Origin: an uncultured Clostridia bacterium
Lineage (GTDB): Bacteria > Bacillota > Clostridia > Oscillospirales > CAG-272
Length of the DNA stretch: 51,225 nucleotides
Direction of reading: 5' to 3'
Assembly (NCBI GenBank): GCA_947632285.1
Contig: CANROT010000001.1
Location: forward strand, 1 to 51,225
The notes under the pieces were generated by a model. It ran no database searches. It saw nothing but the letters and a program-made list of their open reading frames with translations, and was not told the origin of the DNA. Both the position numbers and the translations under genes were made by a program. Positions 16,966-24,600 of the stretch are shown here, piece after piece (the first letter of the stretch is position 1; each line of letters begins with the position of its first letter).

Positions 16966-18492
16966 ATGAAAAAGAGTGTCAGCAGCATATTGAGAGGAAA
17001 AAAGCTCCGCTACGGCGGAACGGCGGCGGCGTTCACCGTCGCGTTCGTTGCGCTCGTCATAGTCGCAAACGTCATTTTTTCGGCGCTGGCGGAAAAATAC
17101 AGATGGTATATAGATATGACCGGGGAGGAGATATTCTCCCTTTCGGACGCGTCAAAGGAGGCGCTCGAACCGCTGCGCGAGACCGATCAGGAGGTCATGA
17201 TCACGTTCTGCATGGACAAGGACGCGGTCGAGGGCGACAGGTCGATGTATTATATCCACAACACGGCGCTGAACCTGGCGGCAGAATTCGACAATGTCGA
17301 GATCGAATACAGGGACGCGCTCCGCGAAAACGTGTACCTTGACAAATTCACATCTGCAATGTCGCCGTACGTTGCGACGACGAACGTCATAGTTTCGAGC
17401 GGCACCGAATACCGCAAGCTCGCGTACACGAAGTTCTTCATCTCGGACACCGAGGGGACGGGCGAGGTCTGGGCGTACCAGGGCGAAAACACGTTTGTCT
17501 CCGCGATCCTCCAGGTCACGGCGGACGAGATGCCGATAGCGTATTTTACGACGCAGCACGGCGAGGATACGACGACCGAGGCAGATGCCGGCGCCTTTAA
17601 GCAGACGATGGAAGATGCCGGGTACGAGGTGCGCGACATCGACCTTTCGCGCGAGGAAATAGATCCGGCGGCGCGCGTCCTGATAATAAACAACCCGAAG
17701 ACGGATTTCGGCGGCAAGGACGACGAGCACGTCGGAAAAACCGAAATAGACAAGATCGACGAATTTCTGGACGGCCTTGGAAACCTTTTGGTGTTCGTTT
17801 CGCCGGAATACGCCGGCAAGCTCGCCAATCTTGAGGAATTCCTCGAGGAATGGGGCGTCGGCTTCACGCCCGACGTGAAGGTGAGCGATGCCGAAAACAC
17901 CGTCTCGACAGACGGATATTCCGTCGTCGGCCAGTATCTGACCGGGGAGGAAAATCTTTCCTCGTCCATATATAAGGAGATCACGAGTATGTCGAGCCAG
18001 CCGAAGGCGATCTTCCGCAACGCGATGCCGCTCAGACATACATGGGATACGGAAACGTATATGACGCCCACCCTCAGCACCCGCACGATATGCGACGTGT
18101 TCAGGACATCGTCCTCGGCGCGGCTCAATGAGGACGGCAAGCTCAGCGACGACGGCGCGGAATACAGCCTGATGACGATAACGCAGGAGCACAAGATCAA
18201 GGACAACCTTGACTACAACAACTATGTGATCGTTGCCGGGGCGTCCGATTTTGTCGCCTCCGAGTACATCTTCAGCAACGTGTTCACCAACCGCAGCGTG
18301 ATCCATTCGTGCCTCATAACGCTCGGAAAGAAAAATGTTCCGACAGGCATACAGTATAAGGTTTTCGAGGATTACGATCTCGATATGACGACGGCGCAGG
18401 CGGACGTGTGGACGCGGGTCCTGATCCTCGTGATGCCGACGATCACGGTCGTGGCGTGCATCGTTGTGACCGTCAGGAGAAAGTACAGATGA
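16966..18492 (+). CDS. GldG-family ABC-transport auxiliary protein
   Basis: 508-aa ORF with N- and C-terminal TM anchors and a large extracytoplasmic domain. Architecture and position match GldG / ABC_transp_aux proteins. Confidence 0.7.
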   Translation: MKKSVSSILRGKKLRYGGTAAAFTVAFVALVIVANVIFSALAEKYRWYIDMTGEEIFSLSDASKEALEPLRETDQEVMITFCMDKDAVEGDRSMYYIHNTALNLAAEFDNVEIEYRDALRENVYLDKFTSAMSPYVATTNVIVSSGTEYRKLAYTKFFISDTEGTGEVWAYQGENTFVSAILQVTADEMPIAYFTTQHGEDTTTEADAGAFKQTMEDAGYEVRDIDLSREEIDPAARVLIINNPKTDFGGKDDEHVGKTEIDKIDEFLDGLGNLLVFVSPEYAGKLANLEEFLEEWGVGFTPDVKVSDAENTVSTDGYSVVGQYLTGEENLSSSIYKEITSMSSQPKAIFRNAMPLRHTWDTETYMTPTLSTRTICDVFRTSSSARLNEDGKLSDDGAEYSLMTITQEHKIKDNLDYNNYVIVAGASDFVASEYIFSNVFTNRSVIHSCLITLGKKNVPTGIQYKVFEDYDLDMTTAQADVWTRVLILVMPTITVVACIVVTVRRKYR

Positions 18493-19973
18493 TAAAGCGG
18501 CAGAGAATACTTATAATCGTGCTCGCGGCGGTGTTCATACTCGCCGCCGCGGCATATTTCATCGTCATACGTCCGCTGACGCAAAACGACGATCCCGAGG
18601 ACACGGGCATCGCCGTCGATCCGGGCGAGGGCACGAGCGGGCAGAGAATGCTGATGTTCCCGAGGGCGGAGCGCGACGACATCGAGTCTATCGAGGTCAC
18701 GAACACCAAGGGCTCATACAAGTTTGTGTATAACGATGAGATCGAGGATTTTGAGCTCGTCGGTCACGAGACGCTCGCTGTCAACGCGCTGATGTTCGCA
18801 AGGCTCGTCGTCAGCACCGGGTCGACGTATGTGCTCGCGAAGGTCACGGACAGCGTGACAGATGACGAGCTATTGCAATACGGCTTCAAGGGTGACGGTG
18901 CCGAGCCGGCGCGGTTCACCGTGACGCTGCACAACGGCACGACGCACAATGTCAATGTCGGGAAAAAGGTCATTTCCGGCGGCGGTTATTACGCCATGTA
19001 CGAGGGGCGGAACGCCGTCTATGTGCTCGATGCGAATATCGAGGCGACGGTGCTTGCCGGAGTCGAGGATCTGCTTTTGCCGATACTGACCGGCGGCATC
19101 GAAGCGGGAAATTATTTTTACGTCGATCATTTCACCATCAAGCACTACGGCGAGGATTTCCTCTCCTGCCGGAACCTCACCTCCGAAGAGCTTTCGGAGA
19201 TGGAGACGACGGCGCAGGCACAGGCGATCACCGTCATTCCGAACGGCTACTCGCTTTCGACGAACTATGACGAGACTTTACAGATGCTCGTCTCGTGCGA
19301 GGGCGAATCCGTTGCGGCGATAGGTGTCACAGATGAGCATCTCGAAGAATACGGGCTGAAGGACGAACCGTATACCATATCCTACGACTATAACGGCTTT
19401 GAATTCGAGCTGACGGTGAGCGAGCCGACGGAGGACGGGTACTATTACGTTGCCACAAAGATGTTCGACCTCATCGTCAAGGTGCCGGCGGCGGATTTTG
19501 AGTTCCTTTCGTGGGGCCTTCTGCAATGGATAGAACCCTATGTCTTCTCGCGCTCCATCTCGTTTGTCGAAAGCATAGAGATAGAGAGCGATGAGCTGAC
19601 CGAGACGTTCAGGTTCACGCACCGCCCCGGTGACGATCCGAGCCTCATCGTAGTCGGCGACGAATGCGGTCAGATACGCGATATACCGAACTTCCGCGAA
19701 TTTTATAAGACGCTGCTCTATACAAAGATATACGATTACGCTCCGGAGGACGTCGAGGTGACGGAGGACGACTGCGTCCTGAAATTCACGGTCAGGACCC
19801 TCGGCGGGAACGTGACCGAGTATGCGTTCTACAGATACAGCACGCGGCGGTGCCTCTTGAAAATAAACGGAGAGGGACAGTTCTATTTGTTCTTTGATAC
19901 CGCAAACAAGATCATCAGCGACGCCGGAAAGGCGATATCCGGCGAGCCGATAGATTCGCTCGACAAAAACTGA
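18489..19973 (+). CDS. DUF4340-like membrane-anchored protein
   Basis: ORF 18408..19973 trimmed to the ATG at 18489 (ATGA overlap with the gldG-like stop). It has the N-terminal TM segment MIKRQRILIIVLAAVFILAAAAYFIV. It is the usual fourth gene of GldA/F/G-like clusters. Confidence 0.65.
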   Translation: MIKRQRILIIVLAAVFILAAAAYFIVIRPLTQNDDPEDTGIAVDPGEGTSGQRMLMFPRAERDDIESIEVTNTKGSYKFVYNDEIEDFELVGHETLAVNALMFARLVVSTGSTYVLAKVTDSVTDDELLQYGFKGDGAEPARFTVTLHNGTTHNVNVGKKVISGGGYYAMYEGRNAVYVLDANIEATVLAGVEDLLLPILTGGIEAGNYFYVDHFTIKHYGEDFLSCRNLTSEELSEMETTAQAQAITVIPNGYSLSTNYDETLQMLVSCEGESVAAIGVTDEHLEEYGLKDEPYTISYDYNGFEFELTVSEPTEDGYYYVATKMFDLIVKVPAADFEFLSWGLLQWIEPYVFSRSISFVESIEIESDELTETFRFTHRPGDDPSLIVVGDECGQIRDIPNFREFYKTLLYTKIYDYAPEDVEVTEDDCVLKFTVRTLGGNVTEYAFYRYSTRRCLLKINGEGQFYLFFDTANKIISDAGKAISGEPIDSLDKN

Positions 19974-20000
19974 AAAAGGGGACCCTCCGGTCCCCTTTTT
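19974..20000. terminator. Bidirectional intrinsic terminator hairpin
   Basis: AAAAA-GGGGACC-ctcc-GGTCCCC-TTTTT. Confidence 0.8.
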
Positions 20001-20022
20001 AAAAATAAAGACGGAGGTCAAA

Positions 20023-20712
20023 ATGATGATAAACGGAATACAAAAGCTGACGCTGCTCGATTTCCCGGAGCACGTCGCGTGCACCGTGTTCCTTGCGGGG
20101 TGCGACCTGCGCTGCCCCTTCTGCCACAACGCGTCCCTTGTGACGGGCGCGCCCGAGGCGGTGATGAGCGAGGAAAAATTTTTCTCGTTCCTTGAGAAGC
20201 GGCACGGAATACTTGACGGAGTCGCCATCACGGGAGGCGAGCCGCTCTTGAGGCACGATATAAAAGAGTTCGCGATGAAGATAAAGGAGCACGGCTTCGC
20301 GGTCAAGTTAGACACGAACGGCACGAATCCGGACGCGCTCGATGACATTATCGGCGCCGGCGCCGTCGACTATGTCGCGATGGATATAAAAAATTCGCCC
20401 GCGAAGTACGCGGCGACGACGGGGCGGCCGGATATCGACCTTGAGGCGGTGCGCTGCTCCGTCGGCATACTTATGTCCGGCAGGGTCGGGTACGAGTTCC
20501 GCACGACGGTCGTCGGCGAGCTCCACACCGTTGACGACATAAGGGAGATCGGGAAGCTTATAGCGGGCGCCGAGCGGTATTTTTTGCAGCAGTTCCGCGA
20601 TTCGGGCGAGATCCTCGGCGGAAAGTTTACCCCGCCGACGAAGGAAGAGATGCAAAAAATGGCGGACGCGGTGCGGGAGTACGTGCCGTCCGTTGCGCTG
20701 CGCGGCGTATAA
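20023..20712 (+). CDS. nrdG: Anaerobic ribonucleoside-triphosphate reductase activating protein (radical SAM)
   Basis: 229-aa ORF. GIQKLTLLDFPEHVACTVFLAGCDLRCPFCHN carries the CxxxCxxC cluster motif. GGEP is also present. Confidence 0.88.
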   Translation: MMINGIQKLTLLDFPEHVACTVFLAGCDLRCPFCHNASLVTGAPEAVMSEEKFFSFLEKRHGILDGVAITGGEPLLRHDIKEFAMKIKEHGFAVKLDTNGTNPDALDDIIGAGAVDYVAMDIKNSPAKYAATTGRPDIDLEAVRCSVGILMSGRVGYEFRTTVVGELHTVDDIREIGKLIAGAERYFLQQFRDSGEILGGKFTPPTKEEMQKMADAVREYVPSVALRGV

Positions 20713-20756
20713 CACGGCGCCGTAACCGGGAAAAATATTGATGCGGGCGCCCGACA

Positions 20757-20795
20757 AAATGACTGCGCGGCCGCGCGCGGCGTCATTTTCCTTTG
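20757..20795 (+). terminator. Imperfect GC-rich hairpin with a T-tract after nrdG
   Basis: AAAATGAC-(GC-rich 18 nt)-GTCATTTT followed by CCTTT. The inner stem is imperfect. Confidence 0.4.
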
Positions 20796-20852
20796 GGCAT
20801 AATCGACTAAAATCGGGTCGAATTTTTGGCGAACAAAAAACGACGAAACGGC

Positions 20853-20882
20853 TTGACATCACAATATATAGTGTGATATAAT
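20853..20882 (+). promoter_or_regulatory. Sigma-A type promoter of nrdD
   Basis: TTGACA (20853-20858), an 18-nt spacer, then TATAAT (20877-20882). Confidence 0.7.
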
Positions 20883-20905
20883 TTCCCCTGCACTACAAAA
20901 TGTGG
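20860..20905 (+). promoter_or_regulatory. Tandem NrdR boxes
   Basis: Box 1 is CACAATATATAGTGTG (20860-20875, inside the promoter spacer). Box 2 is GCACTACAAAATGTGG (20890-20905). Both fit the 16-bp palindrome acaCwAtATaTwGtgt, with centres about 30 bp apart. Confidence 0.75.
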
Positions 20906-20980
20906 CCCCTGCGCGTACGGAACACCGTACGCGCGGCGGCTGTATATAACAGGAAAACGTAATAAGGAGAGAGGTAAAGA

Positions 20981-23374
20981 ATGTATCAGGTCAAAAAGCG
21001 GGACGGCAAGATAACGGAATTCGATATTTCAAAAATAAGCACGGCGATAGAGAAGGCGTTTTTGGCGGAGCACGTGAACTATCACCCGTCGGTGATAGAT
21101 CTTCTGGCGCTCAAGGTCACAGCGGACTTCGCGCCTAAAATAAAGGACGATATGATCTCGGTCGAGGACGTTCAGGACAGCGTTGAGAAGGTCCTCTCCG
21201 AGGCGGGATATGCGGACGTCGCAAAGGCGTATATCCTCTACCGCAAGCAGCGCGAAAAGATACGCAACATGGGCTCGACGATCCTCGACTACAAGGACCT
21301 CGTCGACAAATATGTGAAGGCGGCGGACTGGCGCGTCAAGGAGAACAGCACGGTCACGTATTCGGTCGGCGGGCTGATCCTTTCGAACTCCGGCGCGATC
21401 ACGGCGAATTACTGGCTCTCCGAGGTCTACGACCGTGAGGTCGCGGACGCGCACAGGAACGGCGACTTACATCTGCACGATCTCTCGATGCTTACGGGCT
21501 ACTGCGCCGGCTGGTCGCTGAAGCAGCTCATAAGGGAGGGGCTCGGCGGCGTCGTCGGACGTATCACGTCCGCTCCCGCAAGTCACCTCTCGACGCTCTG
21601 CAACCAGATGGTGAACTTCCTCGGCATCATGCAGAACGAGTGGGCGGGCGCGCAGGCATTCTCCTCGTTTGACACGTACCTCGCCCCGTTCGTCAAGGTG
21701 GACAACCTTTCGTATAAAGAAGTCAAACAGTGCATACAGAGCTTCATTTTCGGTGTCAACACGCCGTCAAGATGGGGCACTCAGGCGCCGTTCTCGAACA
21801 TCACGCTCGACTGGACGGTTCCTGCCGACCTTGAAAACCTCCCCGCGATCGTCGGCGGCAAGGACATGGACTTCACCTACGGCGACTGCAAGGCGGAGAT
21901 GGACGTCATCAACCGCGCGTTCATAGAGATCATGATCGAGGGCGACGCGAACGGGCGCGGCTTCCAGTACCCGATCCCGACGTATTCGATCACGCGCGAT
22001 TTTGACTGGTCGGAGACAGAGAACAACAAGCTGCTCTTTGAAATGACCGCGAAGTACGGCACGCCGTATTTCTCGAACTATATAAACAGCGATATGGAGC
22101 CGTCCGACGTGCGCTCCATGTGCTGCCGCCTGCGCCTTGACTTGCGCGAGCTCCGCAAGAAGTCCGGCGGTTTCTTTGGCTCCGGCGAGTCGACGGGCTC
22201 CATCGGCGTCGTGACGATCAACATGCCGAGGATAGCGTATCTTTCGGCTGACGAAAAGGAATTCTACGAGCGCCTCGACCACATGATGGACCTCGCGGCG
22301 CGCTCGCTCGATACGAAGCGCACGGTCATCACGAAGCTGCTTGACGCGGGGCTCTACCCGTACACGAAGCGGTACCTCGGCACGTTCGCGAACCACTTCT
22401 CGACGATCGGCCTTGTCGGCATGAACGAGACGTGCCTGAACGCGAAGTGGCTGCGCTGCGACCTGACGGACGAGAGGGCGCAGGAGTTCACGAAGGACGT
22501 CCTCAACCATATGAGAGAGCGCCTCTCCGACTATCAGGAGAAGTACGGCGACCTCTTCAACCTCGAGGCGACGCCCGCCGAGTCAACGTCGTACAGGCTC
22601 GCAAAGCACGACAAGGAGCAGTACCCCGACATCATTACGGCGAACGAGCGCTGCGGGACACCGTACTACACGAACAGCTCGCACCTCCCCGTCGGTTTCA
22701 CGGACGACGTCTTCTCCGCGCTCGACATACAGGACGAGCTTCAGACGCTTTATACCTCGGGGACCGTGTTCCACGCGTTCCTCGGCGAGAGGCTGCCCGA
22801 CTGGAGGTCGACGGCGGCGCTCGTCCGCAAGATCGCGGAGAACTACAAGCTCCCGTACTATACGATGTCGCCGACGTATTCGATCTGCCCCGAGCACGGG
22901 TATATAGTCGGCGAGCACTTCGAGTGCCCCGAATGCGGCGCCGAGACCGAGGTCTACAGCCGCATCACCGGCTACTACCGCCCCGTCCGCAACTGGAATG
23001 ACGGCAAGGCGCAGGAATTCCGCGACAGGCTCGAATACGACGTGTCCGCGTTCATACAGAGCGAGGTCGCGCCCGCCGCATCGACTCCGCTTGAGGCGGA
23101 GGCGGCGCCCGAGCAGCTCATGGCGTCCGGCGGCGAGAGCCTCTACCTCTTCACGACGGCGACGTGCCCGAACTGTAAAATAGCGGTCTCGCTCCTCGAC
23201 CGCGCGGGGATAGAGTATGAAAAATTCCTCGCGGAGGAAAACCGCGAGCTCGTGTCCGATTTCGGCATACGTCAGGCGCCGACGCTCGTAGTCGTGCGCG
23301 GGCAGGACACCGAAAAGTACGCAGGAGTCGCGAACATCAAGCGCTACATCGCAGGCGAGCCCGCGAAAGCGTAA
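20981..23374 (+). CDS. nrdD: Anaerobic (class III) ribonucleoside-triphosphate reductase with an N-terminal ATP-cone and an extra C-terminal CPNC thioredoxin-fold domain
   Basis: 797-aa ORF. It has an ATP-cone (MYQVKKRDGKITEFDISKI), finger-loop SMCCRL (22115-22132), a Zn ribbon CPEHG..CPECG and a glycyl-radical motif RITGYYRP (22961-22984). About 115 further codons end in LYLFTTATCPNCKIAVSLL...QAPTLVV. Confidence 0.9.
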   Translation: MYQVKKRDGKITEFDISKISTAIEKAFLAEHVNYHPSVIDLLALKVTADFAPKIKDDMISVEDVQDSVEKVLSEAGYADVAKAYILYRKQREKIRNMGSTILDYKDLVDKYVKAADWRVKENSTVTYSVGGLILSNSGAITANYWLSEVYDREVADAHRNGDLHLHDLSMLTGYCAGWSLKQLIREGLGGVVGRITSAPASHLSTLCNQMVNFLGIMQNEWAGAQAFSSFDTYLAPFVKVDNLSYKEVKQCIQSFIFGVNTPSRWGTQAPFSNITLDWTVPADLENLPAIVGGKDMDFTYGDCKAEMDVINRAFIEIMIEGDANGRGFQYPIPTYSITRDFDWSETENNKLLFEMTAKYGTPYFSNYINSDMEPSDVRSMCCRLRLDLRELRKKSGGFFGSGESTGSIGVVTINMPRIAYLSADEKEFYERLDHMMDLAARSLDTKRTVITKLLDAGLYPYTKRYLGTFANHFSTIGLVGMNETCLNAKWLRCDLTDERAQEFTKDVLNHMRERLSDYQEKYGDLFNLEATPAESTSYRLAKHDKEQYPDIITANERCGTPYYTNSSHLPVGFTDDVFSALDIQDELQTLYTSGTVFHAFLGERLPDWRSTAALVRKIAENYKLPYYTMSPTYSICPEHGYIVGEHFECPECGAETEVYSRITGYYRPVRNWNDGKAQEFRDRLEYDVSAFIQSEVAPAASTPLEAEAAPEQLMASGGESLYLFTTATCPNCKIAVSLLDRAGIEYEKFLAEENRELVSDFGIRQAPTLVVVRGQDTEKYAGVANIKRYIAGEPAKA

Positions 23375-23447
23375 AGACACCGTAAAAAAGCGGGGGAAGG
23401 AACAAAATTCCTTCCCCCGCGCCAAAGTAAAAAATTTTGGAAGTGGG

Positions 23448-23497
23448 GGTCCGGAGGAGGGACCTTTTATAAAAGGTCCCTCCCCCGGGAAAATTTC
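23448..23497. repeat. Palindromic intergenic element, type A, copy 1
   Basis: GGTCCGGAGGAGGGACCTTTTATAAAAGGTCCCTCCCCCGGGAAAATTT. It aligns along its full length with 27469-27518. Confidence 0.8.
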
Positions 23498-23498
23498 T

Positions 23499-24416
23499 AT
23501 GTACGATATAATCATAGTCGGCGCGGGCCCCGCGGGGCTGACGGCGGCGATATATGCGCGGCGCGCGGAAAAGAGCGTGCTCGTGCTCGAAAAGGGAGCG
23601 TTCGGCGGGCAGATGACGTATTCGCCGAAGATCGAGAATTACCCCGGCGTCCCGGCGTCCTCCGGAACGGAGATCGCGGACATAATGGTCGGTCAGGCGC
23701 TCGACCTCGGCGCCGAGATCGAGCCGGCGGAGGTCACAGGGGTCGAGGACGGGGACGCCCCCGACTATAAAAAGCGCGTTTTATGCGCGGACGGAACAGT
23801 GTACGAGTGCCGCGCGGTCATAATCGCGGCGGGCGCGGAGCACAGGCGGCTCGGCGTCCCCGGCGAGGACGAGCACATCGGAGACGGCGTCTCGTTCTGC
23901 GCCGTCTGTGACGGTGCGTTTTACCGCGGAAAGAGCGTTGCCGTCATCGGCGGCGGGAATTCCGCGCTCGCGGAGGCGCTCCTGCTCGCGGACGGGTGCG
24001 CGCACGTCACGATAGTGCAGAACCTTGATTTTTTGACCGCCGAGGCCGCGCAGCAGCAGGCGCTGACAGCGCGCGAAAACGTGACGGTCATCTGCGGCGC
24101 GACCGTTTCGGAGGTCCTGAGCCGGGAGGACGGCGCATTCCGCGGCATTCGCATAAAGCATACGTCGGACGGGAAAGAGGAGGAGCTGGAGTTTGACGGA
24201 ATGTTCGTCGCCGTCGGGCTCGAGCCGAAAAACGCGCCGTTCGCGGACGTTACGAGCCTTGACGAGGCGGGGTATATTATGTCGGACGAGACGTGCTTCG
24301 CCGAGACGCCCGGAGTGTTTGTCGCCGGGGACTGCCGGACCAAGTCGGTGCGGCAGATCACGACCGCGACCGCGGACGGTGCGGCGGCGGCGCTCGCGGC
24401 GTGCAGATATCTTTGA
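23499..24416 (+). CDS. Thioredoxin-disulfide reductase homologue (low-Mr TrxR fold) lacking the canonical NADPH-binding HRRxxxR motif
   Basis: 305-aa ORF with FAD GxGxxG (IIVGAGPAG), the redox CAVCDG motif and a second GGGNSA Rossmann. Where E. coli TrxB has HLIHRRDGFRA, this protein has TIVQNLDFLTA (Q-N-L at 24018-24026). Confidence 0.85.
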   Translation: MYDIIIVGAGPAGLTAAIYARRAEKSVLVLEKGAFGGQMTYSPKIENYPGVPASSGTEIADIMVGQALDLGAEIEPAEVTGVEDGDAPDYKKRVLCADGTVYECRAVIIAAGAEHRRLGVPGEDEHIGDGVSFCAVCDGAFYRGKSVAVIGGGNSALAEALLLADGCAHVTIVQNLDFLTAEAAQQQALTARENVTVICGATVSEVLSREDGAFRGIRIKHTSDGKEEELEFDGMFVAVGLEPKNAPFADVTSLDEAGYIMSDETCFAETPGVFVAGDCRTKSVRQITTATADGAAAALAACRYL

Positions 24417-24430
24417 GATCTACCTTAGGG

Positions 24431-24480
24431 CTTAGGGGGACTTTTGGGAAAGTCCCCCTAAGAACCCCTCAAAACCTTTT
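24431..24480. repeat. Palindromic intergenic element, type B, copy 1
   Basis: CTTAGGGGGACTTT-tggg-AAAGTCCCCCTAAG followed by aaCCCCTCAAAACCTTTTA. Its core and 3' flank recur at 34369-34425. Confidence 0.8.
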
Positions 24481-24488
24481 ATTATCGC

Positions 24489-24516
24489 GGCGTTCACAAA
24501 AGAACGCCCGTTTTTT
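24489..24516 (+). terminator. Intrinsic terminator after the TrxR homologue
   Basis: GGCGTTC-acaaaa-GAACGCC followed by CGTTTTTT. Confidence 0.8.
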
Positions 24517-24600
24517 CATTTTGCGTTCACAGTAAGCTCAAGATGATTTAAGATTGTTCCGATAAAATTATCGGCATAAAACAGAAGACGGAGCTTTTTA

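Noticed and set aside
23390-23420. Hairpin GCGGGGGAAGG-(9 nt)-CCTTCCCCCGC after nrdD, considered as the nrdD terminator.
   Set aside because: On the plus strand it is not followed by a U-tract. The T-run lies on the opposite-strand side, where no gene ends. I therefore did not call it a terminator, and it leaves open nrdD/TrxR co-transcription.
24524-24574. Short palindrome CCGATAA-aa-TTATCGG (24559-24574) and a repeated GCGTTCACA (24489 and 24524) upstream of the Cthe_2159-like gene, considered as a possible operator.
   Set aside because: These are single 7-bp inverted repeats and 9-bp repeats with no convincing promoter alignment. One GCGTTCACA copy is simply the terminator stem. I cannot distinguish them from chance.
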